Source: Nanobdellota archaeon (GTDB taxonomy: Archaea; Nanobdellota; Nanobdellia; Woesearchaeales; UBA583). Taken from it: a DNA stretch of 64,000 nucleotides. The notes under the pieces were generated by a model. It saw nothing but the letters and a program-made list of their open reading frames with translations, ran no database searches and was not told the origin of the DNA. Within the stretch, counting starts at the first letter, position 1; the number at the start of each line of letters is the position of its first letter. A program made the position numbers and the translations under genes. The stretch is from NCBI GenBank assembly GCA_022565615.1, contig JAIUMM010000001.1:11680-75679 (forward strand). The letters run 5' to 3'. Below, one piece after another: positions 17,958-28,987 of this stretch.

Positions 17958-18719
17958 TTAGTTTTGAAGAAATAAAAATTCATTTAATGTTTGAGGAGAT
18001 GCTCTTACAATTCGCGGATTTCCTTCTCTTAAGATTTCTGGAGATTGATACCCCCAACTAACTCCAAGTGCGTATACTCCTGCTTCATTAGCTGCAATCA
18101 TATCACTTTTAGTATCTCCAATATATGCAATAAGTGGATTTGAGATATTTATAACACCATCCCTATATTCAATAACTTTTGCGTGTTCTCGTATTATGTT
18201 TCTCTTTGAGTGAACTCCTCCTTCTACAACTCCAAAGTAATCCCTAATTTTTAATCGTTCTAAATCTTCATTTAAACTATCTTGTGGATGGGCACTTATA
18301 ATACTTATTCTGCCACTGCCTAGAGTTTTTGGGATATTTCCCAGTAATTGTTCAATTCCATCATATAATTTAACAGGATACTCTCTACAACTTTTAGCTA
18401 ATTCTTTTTTATACAGCGTATCTAACTCAGTATCACTTATATCATCTCTAACTCCAAAACTTCTAAACATCTCTACACAAGAACCTTTAGCATTTGCTTT
18501 AAATCCTTCAAGGCTCAATGGTTTATTTGCATATTTTCCAAACGTTGAAGGGAATTTTGAAAATCCTAACTCTTTAACTCCTCCCCAATTTGCATAAAAC
18601 ACTTGATCTAAATCATCCCAAAGAGTTCCACTCACATCAAAAATTAAACCTCTAAATCTACTTCTAAGCATATAATTTTTATTACTTATAAGTTTATAAA
18701 TATAATGTACAAAATACAA
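17958..18719 (-). CDS. HAD-superfamily hydrolase
   Basis: Motif I is FDVSGTLWDD, a DxDx[TV] variant. Motif IV is GDTKSDMIAANEAG. Confidence 0.6.
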   Translation of the reverse strand: MYFVHYIYKLISNKNYMLRSRFRGLIFDVSGTLWDDLDQVFYANWGGVKELGFSKFPSTFGKYANKPLSLEGFKANAKGSCVEMFRSFGVRDDISDTELDTLYKKELAKSCREYPVKLYDGIEQLLGNIPKTLGSGRISIISAHPQDSLNEDLERLKIRDYFGVVEGGVHSKRNIIREHAKVIEYRDGVINISNPLIAYIGDTKSDMIAANEAGVYALGVSWGYQSPEILREGNPRIVRASPQTLNEFLFLQN

Positions 18720-18746
18720 TACTTAATAAAGTTTTAATTTTAGAAA

Positions 18747-19019
18747 TTAATTTTTATAAATTATATCATGATGGTCAAAATCTTCAAATGTAATTTCTTT
18801 TTTATTTTCATCAACACTAAATGTTAATACAAAATGAGTATCTATATGAACTCTCTTTAGGTGTTGAAGAGGTTTTCTAAGATTTTTAAAGTGCTGAGGA
18901 TTTTCACAAATTTCTTCAATTTTTTTAAAAATTATATTTAATTGTTTCTTGTTTTTCTTAGATAATTTTTTAAATTTTTTATCTAATTCTTCTTTAATTG
19001 AAATTGAATACATTTTCAT
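18747..19019 (-). CDS. relE: RelE/ParE-family toxin (type II TA)
   Basis: 90 aa. The C-terminal RelE-like core reads HLKRVHIDTHFVLTFSVDENKKEITFEDFDHHD. It overlaps the upstream small ORF by 4 nt (ATGA). Confidence 0.55.
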   Translation of the reverse strand: MKMYSISIKEELDKKFKKLSKKNKKQLNIIFKKIEEICENPQHFKNLRKPLQHLKRVHIDTHFVLTFSVDENKKEITFEDFDHHDIIYKN

Positions 19020-19243
19020 TTATATCTTGCTTTTAATTCTTGAATTGTACCTATTTCAATAGATTGACTTTTAGAAATTTCTTGTGCTTTTGAGATATAA
19101 GAAGGGTTCAATTCTTCATTATTTTTAAATAATTGAGCTAATTTATTAATTGCCTGAGATTTATCTTTTAAATTATATTGAGCTTTAATAATATTAAGTA
19201 GTTGATTAGTTTGAGAATCAATATCAATAATTGCTTTTACCAT
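19016..19243 (-). CDS. putative antitoxin (RelB-like) of the RelE-type toxin
   Basis: 75-aa ORF immediately upstream of the toxin and translationally coupled to it. Small, charged and helical. Confidence 0.45.
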   Translation of the reverse strand: MVKAIIDIDSQTNQLLNIIKAQYNLKDKSQAINKLAQLFKNNEELNPSYISKAQEISKSQSIEIGTIQELKARYK

Positions 19244-19279
19244 ATTAATCTAATATTAACACAATATTAATAAATTTTC

Positions 19280-19939
19280 CTATTTTCTGTTAATTGTAAT
19301 TTCACTTACTTCCATATTCTTTGGAAGTTGTAATATTGTTATCATCAACTCAGCTAAATCTCTAGGTTCCATCCATTCATCTCCCAACTCTATTTTTTGA
19401 TTTGTTGCTTTTTCAAAAATTCGACTTTTAAACCCCCCAGGATTAAAACCAATAACTCTACATTTTGTTTTCTTAAGTTCTAATTGTAGATTTTGTGTTA
19501 CTCCTCTTATACCCCATTTTGAAGCACCATATGCTAGTTGTTCTTCATATGCTTTAAGTCCCACTGTTGAGCTCACATTTACAATATCTGCTTGATTTTG
19601 TTTAATAAGAGTAATGAGTTTACTGGTAAGAAACGCAGGTGCTAGAACATTTACTTTAAATACTTCTTCTAGTTTTTCATACGAAATATTTTCAAGTTTA
19701 GAGATACTTAAAATTCCAGCACAATTAATTAAGGCATCAAAAGAGGAGTGGTTATCTTCTATTTTTTTTACAACTTCAATAATTTGGTTTTTATTAGTTA
19801 AATCAACAGAGTAATGAGTAACATCTAATTTAGGTTTTATTCTAGAAATTCCAACTACTTCAATTCCAAGTTTAATACACTTTTTAGCAACTTCAAATCC
19901 TAAACCTTCACTCACTCCTGTAACAATTATCTTTTTCAT
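19280..19939 (-). CDS. short-chain dehydrogenase/reductase (SDR)
   Basis: TGVSEGLGFEVA (TGxxxGxG), NCAGI, and YGASK (YxxxK). Confidence 0.8.
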   Translation of the reverse strand: MKKIIVTGVSEGLGFEVAKKCIKLGIEVVGISRIKPKLDVTHYSVDLTNKNQIIEVVKKIEDNHSSFDALINCAGILSISKLENISYEKLEEVFKVNVLAPAFLTSKLITLIKQNQADIVNVSSTVGLKAYEEQLAYGASKWGIRGVTQNLQLELKKTKCRVIGFNPGGFKSRIFEKATNQKIELGDEWMEPRDLAELMITILQLPKNMEVSEITINRK

Positions 19940-20219
19940 AATTAATTAGTATGAATAGTATTTATTAAAGTATGTTTTAGGAAAATTATTTATTTTTATT
20001 ATTGACAAATTCAAAAAATCTATTCTTAAATAAGCTTTAGACACAAGTTCTTTAATTTCTATTTCTAAATTAGGATTTTATTTATTTCTTTTAAAAAATA
20101 TTATAATTTTTTTCAATAGTTTCTTTACTCTCTTTTCCCATAATATTTTTAAAAAATCAATATTTATAAATTTTAACTTGAAAATATATACAAGTTTTGC
20201 AACGCAAAACTTAGAGTTA

Positions 20220-22175
20220 TTAGAATTCTCCGAATTCTCTTCTACTTCCATCGTCTTTTCCAAGTCTAATACTATCTAAATTATCAGGAGTATACACTCT
20301 AGATTCTGGATACAATTTTCTAATCACTTCAGCATAAAATTTAATCTTACTAGGCTCTCCATGATTTAGAATAAATTGTTGAGGTCTCACACTTAAAGTT
20401 TGTAAGAATTTTTTAGAGGAGTATAAATCACTGTGACCTGAAAATGCTCCTCTCATTTGTTCAACTCTTAAATTAACTTTTAATCTATCATCATAATTAC
20501 CAGTATTACTAATTAAAATATCTTTCTCACCATCTTTAACCTTTCTACCCAATGTACCATTAGCTTGATAACCTACAAAAATAATCATATTCTTCTCATC
20601 AGGAGCAAAGTGTTTAAAGTATTCAACTGAAGACCCTCCATTCATCATACCTGAAGTTGCAAGAACAACACAAGGCTCAGTACTTTCAAGAATTTCTTGT
20701 CTTCTTTGATGAGAACTTACTTGTTCAAAGTTTTCAAGTAAAAATGGATTATCTCCTCTTAAAATTCTATTTCTTAATTGATGATTCAAAAATTCAGGAT
20801 ATGCTGTGTGAATTGCTGTCACTTCTCCAACCATTCCATCAATATATACTTTCAAATTTTTAGGAAGTCTTTCTTCTTCAATCAAATGAGCAATAGTTAA
20901 AAGCATCTCTTGAGAACGTCCAATACCAAACACAGGAATTAACACTTTACCACCATTAACATACGCATCAAGTAATAACTTTAAAAATTCCTCTTCTCCC
21001 TCCTCTCTTGCTAAAGACTGATCTTTAGGACCACAATTAGTTGCTTCAAGAGTCATACTCTCAAGTCTTGGAAAGTTAGTATGTGCTCTATTGAGTAATC
21101 TTTGCTTATTAGAAAAATTAAAGTCAGCACCATACATAAAATTATGAATCCCATTTCCAATATTTACATGACAAAATGCTGATCCAATAATATGTCCTGC
21201 GTTATATAAAGTAAGTCTAATATCAGGTGCAACATCTGTCACTTCTTCATAATCAAGAGTAATTACATGTTTTAACATCTCTTTAATATCTTCAACCTTA
21301 TACAAAGGAGCAGCAGTATTACTATCATTAGTCCAAATTTTTACAGTATCAATTAATGATAGAGCCATAATATCACGAGTAGGCTCAGTACAATAAATAG
21401 GTCCTTTATACCCAATTTTATACAAATAAGGAAGTAATCCAACATGATCAATGTGTGCGTGTGATACAACAACAGCGTCAATATCTTCAATTTTAAAATC
21501 TGGAGAATCTAAAATAGGATACTCATTAGGATCACCATGAGGAACAGCAGGGTCAATTCCACAATCAAATAAAATTCTACTCTCACTAGTTTGTAAATAC
21601 CAAGCAGAACGTCCAATTTGAAGACCTGAACCTAAAACTGTAACTCTTGACCAACCTTTAATTTTTCCACTCTTCCAACCTCCATAAATTCTTTTACCAA
21701 CATTATTTAAGAATTTTCTTCTATACTCACTTTCTTGAAATTCAACTGCTCTCATAGTATCAACAGTTAAAGACCTCATAGGAGGTTTTCTTCTAATATT
21801 TACACTCCAATGCGTATTTTCTTGAATAGTTCTCAAATTACTTCCACCTTGACCAACAGCTGAACCTACGTTATCAACTTCAAGAGTTAAACTAGAACGT
21901 GCACTATCAAATAAGAATTTATCAATTACAACATCAGGTAAAATCTCTTTAACTTTTTTCTCAGTCTCTTCTTCAGGAAGTAAAATAGAAGGGTCAGCTC
22001 TAAGTGCAATTCTTTTTTTAAACTTTTGAACAATTTGTCTTAGTTTATCTCTACCATTAAATAAAAATTCTTTATCAATTGTATATACAACAATATTTGC
22101 TGCTTCAAATTCAACTGATGAGACTTTATCCTTTGGCAATTCTTTTAAAATTTCGTCTAATAATTTAATATTCAT
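20220..22175 (-). CDS. archaeal CPSF1-like transcription termination factor (FttA/aCPSF1): KH domains plus a metallo-beta-lactamase/beta-CASP RNase
   Basis: N-terminal KH region. MBL motif VVVSHAHIDHVGLLP (HxHxDH). 651 aa is typical of aCPSF1. Confidence 0.85.
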   Translation of the reverse strand: MNIKLLDEILKELPKDKVSSVEFEAANIVVYTIDKEFLFNGRDKLRQIVQKFKKRIALRADPSILLPEEETEKKVKEILPDVVIDKFLFDSARSSLTLEVDNVGSAVGQGGSNLRTIQENTHWSVNIRRKPPMRSLTVDTMRAVEFQESEYRRKFLNNVGKRIYGGWKSGKIKGWSRVTVLGSGLQIGRSAWYLQTSESRILFDCGIDPAVPHGDPNEYPILDSPDFKIEDIDAVVVSHAHIDHVGLLPYLYKIGYKGPIYCTEPTRDIMALSLIDTVKIWTNDSNTAAPLYKVEDIKEMLKHVITLDYEEVTDVAPDIRLTLYNAGHIIGSAFCHVNIGNGIHNFMYGADFNFSNKQRLLNRAHTNFPRLESMTLEATNCGPKDQSLAREEGEEEFLKLLLDAYVNGGKVLIPVFGIGRSQEMLLTIAHLIEEERLPKNLKVYIDGMVGEVTAIHTAYPEFLNHQLRNRILRGDNPFLLENFEQVSSHQRRQEILESTEPCVVLATSGMMNGGSSVEYFKHFAPDEKNMIIFVGYQANGTLGRKVKDGEKDILISNTGNYDDRLKVNLRVEQMRGAFSGHSDLYSSKKFLQTLSVRPQQFILNHGEPSKIKFYAEVIRKLYPESRVYTPDNLDSIRLGKDDGSRREFGEF

Positions 22176-22480
22176 TTTTTAATTGTATTTTAATTATATT
22201 AATAATTTTAGTTCATTTGTATTCAACTTAAATCAAACTATTTTAATTTAATCATGAATTAAAATTACATTTCAAGTATTTTGTATAAGAATAGTAAAAC
22301 ACTATTTAAAGAACAATAATACTTATCAATTCTTGGTATAGAAATATATAAATCTACCAATTAAATATATTAGTGTAAATATATTTATAAATATTACTAA
22401 GATTATAAGAACATTCATTATTAAAAATATAAATTTATGAATTAAATAAAAACAATCAAATTAAAAACTATTTATAAAGC

Positions 22481-25360
22481 CTATTCAAATCCTACAATAT
22501 AATTATCAAGTAATGAAGAATTATTAGAATTTGAACTAATTGCATATGAAATTGAACTATTTTGCAAAGTTGGAACCTCAAATTCGAATAAATAACCTAC
22601 AAATAATGTATTTGAAACCATAGTTAAAAAATTATAGATTGGTGAAAATGAAGCAAAATTAAATAATTCATCAACAAAATCATAAATTTTAGTCTCAAAC
22701 GAATTTTCAAGAATTGGTGTAAATTCAATATCGACAATATAAATATTTGATGAATCAAAATTAATTTCTTTAGAAACTTGTGAGTGTGCATCTTCAATAA
22801 TTCTAATTGAAACTTGCTCCTCAATAATTGGAGATGAAGAGGTATTATATATAAATGTTAATGTATATAAACCTCTTCCAAAAAATTCTAAATTTCCATC
22901 CCATGTAAAGTTATTAGCACTTGTAAGAGTAGAAATATTTGAAGAATCACCATTCACGTACACTCCCACAAATTCTAGAGGAGCAGTTGAATTCAACTCA
23001 AGCGAGATTATTTGTGAGTTTAAAAATTTAGAATTATTAACAGGTTCAATAATGGTTATATTAAATTCTCCAATACCAATATTAAAATAGCGTATGGGGG
23101 TTGAAAATATTGCACCTCCACTATTAGTTGCTTGAGTAAAATATGAATAAGTTCCATTTGTAAGCTCAGAAGCATTGGTAAAAAATGTCCAATTATCAAT
23201 ATTTTTTTGTTTAAGCCTTGAATTATAATGAAATAAAATTTCATTTGAATTAAGAGCTCTTGTATATAGTTTAATTTCATCAATTAATCCATTTAAATTA
23301 TCTCCAGTTCTTGTACCAAACACATAATTAGGAGAATTTACAGAAATACTTGTTTGAGAATCAGAGCCTGTAGTTATAAGTTCTCCATTTTTATAAATTG
23401 AAGTATCTCCTGAATTAAATACAAATGCCCAATGATTCCAAACATTAGTTTCAAGTCCTCCAATAACATGGTGATTATTTCTCCAATCTCCTTCTAGATT
23501 CCACCTTAAACGCAAGATATCATTTCCAGTTGGAGATTGTGAACTTCCAAGCTCCACCAACACATTACCATCTCCCCATAAAAAATATTGATTTAATGAT
23601 AGTGAGTTTTGTTTAATCCAACCCATAATTGTTATTTGATTTTGATTACTAAATTCAGAAAAAGAAGGAATAGTCATTGAATGAGTACCACTTGAAAAGC
23701 TCAAAGCTGAACCATATACTCCCTCACTATTCCAACTTGCACCAGAAATAGTTGCATTATTTTGAAATCTTGAACTATCAACAGCAAGTGAATTAGTCTC
23801 TCCTATAAGAGAATTATTGTCTAAATTGAACATAGCAACAAGAGAATTGTCATATATTGAATATGAGTTCGAATTAAAATTAAATAAAAATTCACGTAAA
23901 AAATCTAATGGATTTGTAGAAATAGACAAATTAAGAAGAGTTGAATTTCCAATAATAGTTTGAAAATTATTAGGAGTTGGAGAATTAAAAGCTAAGTCAA
24001 TTTCTAAATCTTCACTAAGTGTAATTTTTCGAGTTTCAAGTGTCTCAAGTAAACTTCCATTTTGAGCAATTAAAGAAGCATTAAATTCATATTTTCCATA
24101 TTCTAAATTTGTAATATTTATAAAAGCAGGAAGTGAAGTAAAATTAAAACTTTCAATTATTCCTGAAGAATTATAAAGGTTAATTTGTATCGTTCTATTA
24201 TTTAAATTTAAAATTGTACTATTAATTTCAACAAAATTTTGAAAAAGAATTGAATCATTAAAAGGAGTTGGAAAAAAATATATAAATGAACTTCCAATAA
24301 CTATTGATCTCAATTCTGTTAAATTTGAAACAGTTGCATTTGAAATAGTTGCATTATAAAAAAATACTCCTGTTTGAAGTTGATTTTTTTGAGTTTGAAA
24401 CTTGAAAGAAGAAGAATTTATTTGTTCGAAATTACTATTAAATCTGTTCTGAATTTCACTCTCACTAAGAGCAATATCCCAAATTCTTACTTCATCAATA
24501 TACCCTTGCCAAGCTTGACCGTAATTTTTATTCAAAGTACCAATTGTTAAATCTGAATTACTATTTCGTGGAATTGAAGTTTGTGAAGAAGCAGTTGTAG
24601 CAACTAATTGTCCATTATAATAAAATCTTTTTCTCTGAGAACTTGGAGCAGTTCCATCAAATGTTACAGTTAAATGAACCCATTGATTTTGTGGAAGAGA
24701 AACACCAGAATTATGTCTATCTCCAATAACATCAAAATTAATATGTCCATTAGTAAAAGAAAAAATACTCCAAGAACGTCCATTAGTTCCAGTTCCAATT
24801 CTCTTTGATGCAATTCCTCTTGCTTGAGTATCACTAAATTCTCTAAATACCCATGCTTCAAATGTAAATTGTGTCATATCATCTAAACTTTCATCATCAG
24901 GGATTTCAATCCAATCATTAGTTCCATCAAAATATACCGAATTTCCTCCAAATCTTGAAAAATTTGAAAATACAGCATCTCCTACTAAAAATCCGTTATT
25001 TGAGTATAATGATGAATCAACCACATTTGAAGAATTTTCATTAATTTGAGAATTATTATTTAAATTTAACATTAGAACTAAATTTTCAGAATAATAAATT
25101 TCTTCTTCCAAGTTCCAACTAAATATAAAATCAGTAAACTTAAAAGAACTTATATTTAAAGTAATTGAAACATTTGAATTTTCATCAAGAACTGTTAAAT
25201 CATCAGGAGTTGGAGGGGTAAAAATAATTGATGAGAATATAAATTGAAGTGAGAAAAATAATAATATGAGTAGAAGTATATTAAAACTTTTTATATATTT
25301 GAATAAATCTGAAATTTTCATTTTAGTATATTTTTTTAAATTTAAGAGTATAATTAGCAA
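22481..25360 (-). CDS. secreted surface protein with two LamG/concanavalin A-like lectin domains; Asn-rich with many N-glycosylation sequons
   Basis: Signal peptide (alternative start at MKISDLF...LLLILLFFSLQFIFSSII). LamG_3-like blocks include DGTNDWIEIPDDESLD...FTFEAWVF, with a second copy at ALSFSSGTHSMTIP...ITIMGWIK. There are many NxS/T sites. Confidence 0.6.
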   Translation of the reverse strand: MLIILLNLKKYTKMKISDLFKYIKSFNILLLILLFFSLQFIFSSIIFTPPTPDDLTVLDENSNVSITLNISSFKFTDFIFSWNLEEEIYYSENLVLMLNLNNNSQINENSSNVVDSSLYSNNGFLVGDAVFSNFSRFGGNSVYFDGTNDWIEIPDDESLDDMTQFTFEAWVFREFSDTQARGIASKRIGTGTNGRSWSIFSFTNGHINFDVIGDRHNSGVSLPQNQWVHLTVTFDGTAPSSQRKRFYYNGQLVATTASSQTSIPRNSNSDLTIGTLNKNYGQAWQGYIDEVRIWDIALSESEIQNRFNSNFEQINSSSFKFQTQKNQLQTGVFFYNATISNATVSNLTELRSIVIGSSFIYFFPTPFNDSILFQNFVEINSTILNLNNRTIQINLYNSSGIIESFNFTSLPAFINITNLEYGKYEFNASLIAQNGSLLETLETRKITLSEDLEIDLAFNSPTPNNFQTIIGNSTLLNLSISTNPLDFLREFLFNFNSNSYSIYDNSLVAMFNLDNNSLIGETNSLAVDSSRFQNNATISGASWNSEGVYGSALSFSSGTHSMTIPSFSEFSNQNQITIMGWIKQNSLSLNQYFLWGDGNVLVELGSSQSPTGNDILRLRWNLEGDWRNNHHVIGGLETNVWNHWAFVFNSGDTSIYKNGELITTGSDSQTSISVNSPNYVFGTRTGDNLNGLIDEIKLYTRALNSNEILFHYNSRLKQKNIDNWTFFTNASELTNGTYSYFTQATNSGGAIFSTPIRYFNIGIGEFNITIIEPVNNSKFLNSQIISLELNSTAPLEFVGVYVNGDSSNISTLTSANNFTWDGNLEFFGRGLYTLTFIYNTSSSPIIEEQVSIRIIEDAHSQVSKEINFDSSNIYIVDIEFTPILENSFETKIYDFVDELFNFASFSPIYNFLTMVSNTLFVGYLFEFEVPTLQNSSISYAISSNSNNSSLLDNYIVGFE

Positions 25361-25447
25361 AAATATATTTATTTTTTTAATATTTATAACTTAATGCCAG
25401 TAATTGTAGTACAAATCTTTAAATAAAAATAATTATATTTTATAATT

Positions 25448-27163
25448 ATGAAATCAATAATACTTGAACTTCTAAAAAAACATAATATTGAAATAGAAGA
25501 AAAATTACTTGAAGCTCCAAAACTAAAAGAACATGGAGATGTATCTCTTCCTTGTTTTATATTATCAAAGCAACTTGGAAAAAATCCTGCTCAAATAGCA
25601 AAAGAATTAGAAGAAGAATTTAATAAAAATAAACCTCAAGAATTATCAAAAATTCAAGCAACAGGGCCATTTTTAAATTTCACATTTAATCCTAGTGTTT
25701 ATGCAAAAGAATTAATCTCAAAATATTCTCAAAATCCAAAAGTAGAAGAATCTCAAAAAATAGTAATTGAATTCCCATCTCCAAACACGAATAAAAATCT
25801 TCATATTGGACACACTAGAAATATGCTAATTGGAAATTCTCTCTATCTTTTACTTAGTAAAGTAGGTCACAATGTTGTGACTACAAATTTGAATAATGAT
25901 AGAGGAATTTCAATTTGTTATGCAATGCTTGGATATCAAAAATTCAAGACTCAAGAAACACAAGAAAGTTTAAATCTAAAAAGTGATGAGTATGTTGCAT
26001 ATTTATATGCTAAAATTTCAAATATTATAAAAGAAGAAGAAAAAATTTCAGGAGAAGGAAACTCACCAGCATATAAAGAGGCAATGAATATGCTTGAGAA
26101 ATGGGAAGCAGGAGATGAACAAGTAAGAGAATTATGGAAAGAGGTATTAGAGTTAGTATATCAAGGATATACAAAAACATATCATAATTATAAATTACAT
26201 ACTTTTGATAAACAATTTTATGAAAGTGAAGTATATGATAAAGGAAGAGATTTGATTGAAAAAGCTCTAAAAGAGAAAGTTGAAGGAATATTTGAAGATG
26301 AAAGTGGTGCTATTGGAATTGATTTAGAAGATGTTAAATTAGGAACAAAATTCTTACTTCGTTCAAATAAAACTACATTGTATATGACACAAGATTTGTA
26401 TTTAGCTCAATTAAAAGAAGAATTATTTAGCCCAGATAAAAGTATTTTCATTGTAGGTCATGAACAGGAATATCATTTTAATGTACTCTTTGAAATTTTA
26501 AAGAGATTTAATTTAGGAGGATATGAAAAAAATTATCACTTTTCTTATGGATATGTATTTGATAAAGAAGGTAAAAAATTCTCATCTCGTGTTGGTAATA
26601 CAATTGGTGCTGATGAAGTATATGAGCTGTGTGTAAATAAAGCAAAAGAGAATTTAATGAGTAGAAATGCAAATTTATCACATGATGAACTTGAGAGAAG
26701 AGCACATATTATTGGATTTGGAGCTTTAGCATTTTACTTTTTAAAATCTGCTCCTACACATAGTATTAATTTTGATGTAGAACAAGCATTAAGTTTTGAA
26801 GGAGAAACAGGTCCTTATGTTCAATATTGTTATGCAAGAATTCAATCATTACTTAAAAGAGGAAAGTTTAATGTTCAAATGTTACAAGAAAGAGAATTAA
26901 ATTTTGACTCATCACATATTCCTTTATTAGAAAAGATTTCAAAGTATCCTGAAATGGTACTTGATTCAGCTCAAAAATATAAAATTTCTCAACTTGCACA
27001 TTATACAATGCAGTTATGTAAAGAATTCAATGAATTATATCAAACTACACAATTTATTGGACACGAAAAAGAATTTGAATTATTATACATATCTCATTTA
27101 ACAGCTCACACAATTAAAAAAACTCTAAGATTATTACATATAGATGTATTAGACGAGATGTAG
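25448..27163 (+). CDS. argS: arginyl-tRNA synthetase
   Basis: Class I signature PSPNTNKNLHIGHTRN (HIGH), an FSSRVG block at the KMSKS-equivalent position, and a C-terminal DALR-type anticodon-binding region. 571 aa. Confidence 0.8.
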   Translation: MKSIILELLKKHNIEIEEKLLEAPKLKEHGDVSLPCFILSKQLGKNPAQIAKELEEEFNKNKPQELSKIQATGPFLNFTFNPSVYAKELISKYSQNPKVEESQKIVIEFPSPNTNKNLHIGHTRNMLIGNSLYLLLSKVGHNVVTTNLNNDRGISICYAMLGYQKFKTQETQESLNLKSDEYVAYLYAKISNIIKEEEKISGEGNSPAYKEAMNMLEKWEAGDEQVRELWKEVLELVYQGYTKTYHNYKLHTFDKQFYESEVYDKGRDLIEKALKEKVEGIFEDESGAIGIDLEDVKLGTKFLLRSNKTTLYMTQDLYLAQLKEELFSPDKSIFIVGHEQEYHFNVLFEILKRFNLGGYEKNYHFSYGYVFDKEGKKFSSRVGNTIGADEVYELCVNKAKENLMSRNANLSHDELERRAHIIGFGALAFYFLKSAPTHSINFDVEQALSFEGETGPYVQYCYARIQSLLKRGKFNVQMLQERELNFDSSHIPLLEKISKYPEMVLDSAQKYKISQLAHYTMQLCKEFNELYQTTQFIGHEKEFELLYISHLTAHTIKKTLRLLHIDVLDEM

Positions 27164-27274
27164 AAGAAGATTTGAAATAATTTTTTTTAGTTATTTAGTT
27201 TTAGTTAATTTTTTAATAATTTTAAATAGAATGCTTTATAAACCATATTTATTATAAATTGAAAAAAATTAATA

Positions 27275-27688
27275 TTAATTTTTATTTTTTGATAAGGAAA
27301 ATTTACCACTACTTATCATTGAGAGAACAAGTAATCCTCCAATTACACTTAAATTTTTCAAAAATGCAATTAATTGTTCATCTCCAATGTGAAACATAAT
27401 TGAAGTTAAAAATGTATATACAATTAAAATATATGCCCCATATTTCATATTCCAACCTGTTAAAACAAGTAGAACTCCAATTACTTCCATTAAAATTGCA
27501 GCAATAAGTAAAACTTCCCCACTTAGAAATGGAAGAGTAGCTGTAATCCAGGAAGAACCTGCAAACCCTGCTTGAGCAGAGAATGCAGTAATTTTACCAA
27601 ATGCACTCATAGCAAATAATCCTACAATGAAAATTCTTGCAATGAGAATTTGAATATCATATGAAATAGTTTTAGTATTCATGTACAT
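27275..27688 (-). CDS. DoxX-family membrane protein
   Basis: Four TM helices. The N-terminal pattern IARIFIVGLFAMSAFGKI matches DoxX-like proteins. Confidence 0.55.
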   Translation of the reverse strand: MYMNTKTISYDIQILIARIFIVGLFAMSAFGKITAFSAQAGFAGSSWITATLPFLSGEVLLIAAILMEVIGVLLVLTGWNMKYGAYILIVYTFLTSIMFHIGDEQLIAFLKNLSVIGGLLVLSMISSGKFSLSKNKN

Positions 27689-27744
27689 AAAATAAAATGA
27701 TTACAATTTATAAAGAAAAGTTTCCTTTTAGAAACTAGAACACA

Positions 27745-28920
27745 TTAATATTTAATTTTTATAACAAATATTAGTAAAACACTCAATGAAATACTAGCAA
27801 CTAAAAATAAATAATTTTCAGGAATTGAAGTTAAAAAGAATAATGCAAAAATTAAATTTCCAATAATTAGACCTAAAAAATTACAACTAGATTGAATTGG
27901 ATAATATTTTTCTTCATCTTTAAGAGAAGTTTTCTTAAAAAATAAAATTTCTCTAGTAGGCTCAATAAATGAATATCCAAGAGATGCTATAATTACTAAT
28001 ATTATTTTAATAGTGTAACTTTCAAAGAAGAAAGCTAGTCCTAAACTAATAATTGTAATTGAATAACCAATTAAAAATAAGTTTCTAAACTTAATCTTAT
28101 CACTTAATTTTGATGCATAATAGTCATTAAGTATTAGAGGAATAAAGCAAAGACTAATTACAAAACCAATCTCAGATGCACTATATCCTTCTTTAAACAT
28201 CATTAATGCAAAATAACTTTTAAAAGCCCAGTAAAAATGAATTCCACTTGATGTGAAATAAAGATTTCTATAAAAATCAATTTTTAAAAATAATTTTAAA
28301 TTAGAAATCACGTTTTTAAAATTTAAAGGTTCATTTTCATCTCTATTATCTTTAATATCAATATTGAACAATAATAGTAATCCAATACTTAAAAAAAAAG
28401 CAGATAAATAATAAATATATTCAATTGGATATGTAGATATTATAGCAGAAGCCAAAAAAATTGATAAAAAAAATCCAACATTAAAAAAACTAAACAATAT
28501 TCCTTCTTTTGAAGTTAATGAATCTTGGTCTAATGAATCTCTATACAATATGTTAAAACTTACAGTTCTAAAGCTTACAAATGTCATACCTAAAATAATG
28601 AATATTATAAATACACTAATACTATTAATTAATGGAATTATTATCGTTAATATAATTAAACTAATGATACTAAAATACAATAGTTTTTTTTCATGAAATT
28701 TTAGTAGAATTGGAGAAGCTAAATATGAACCTATAAATAAGGATAAGGAAATTAAAATATTAACTAAACCTACTAGAGAACTTCCTGCCATAAATTTTTC
28801 ATATAAATAAATTGCCATAGTTCCAACTACTATAGAATAAGAGAGAGTAAATAGAAAAAAGATAATTAATAATTCATTTTTTAATAAAAGTTCTCTATAT
28901 TTATAATGATGAACATACAT
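27745..28920 (-). CDS. MFS-type transporter (about 12 TM)
   Basis: 391 aa and highly hydrophobic, with 11-12 predicted helices and short loops. Confidence 0.5.
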   Translation of the reverse strand: MYVHHYKYRELLLKNELLIIFFLFTLSYSIVVGTMAIYLYEKFMAGSSLVGLVNILISLSLFIGSYLASPILLKFHEKKLLYFSIISLIILTIIIPLINSISVFIIFIILGMTFVSFRTVSFNILYRDSLDQDSLTSKEGILFSFFNVGFFLSIFLASAIISTYPIEYIYYLSAFFLSIGLLLLFNIDIKDNRDENEPLNFKNVISNLKLFLKIDFYRNLYFTSSGIHFYWAFKSYFALMMFKEGYSASEIGFVISLCFIPLILNDYYASKLSDKIKFRNLFLIGYSITIISLGLAFFFESYTIKIILVIIASLGYSFIEPTREILFFKKTSLKDEEKYYPIQSSCNFLGLIIGNLIFALFFLTSIPENYLFLVASISLSVLLIFVIKIKY

Positions 28921-28987
28921 ATAAAATTAAATCAAAAAAATTATTTATTAATTTTTGTAATTCTAAATTTAGAAATAATTAGAATTT

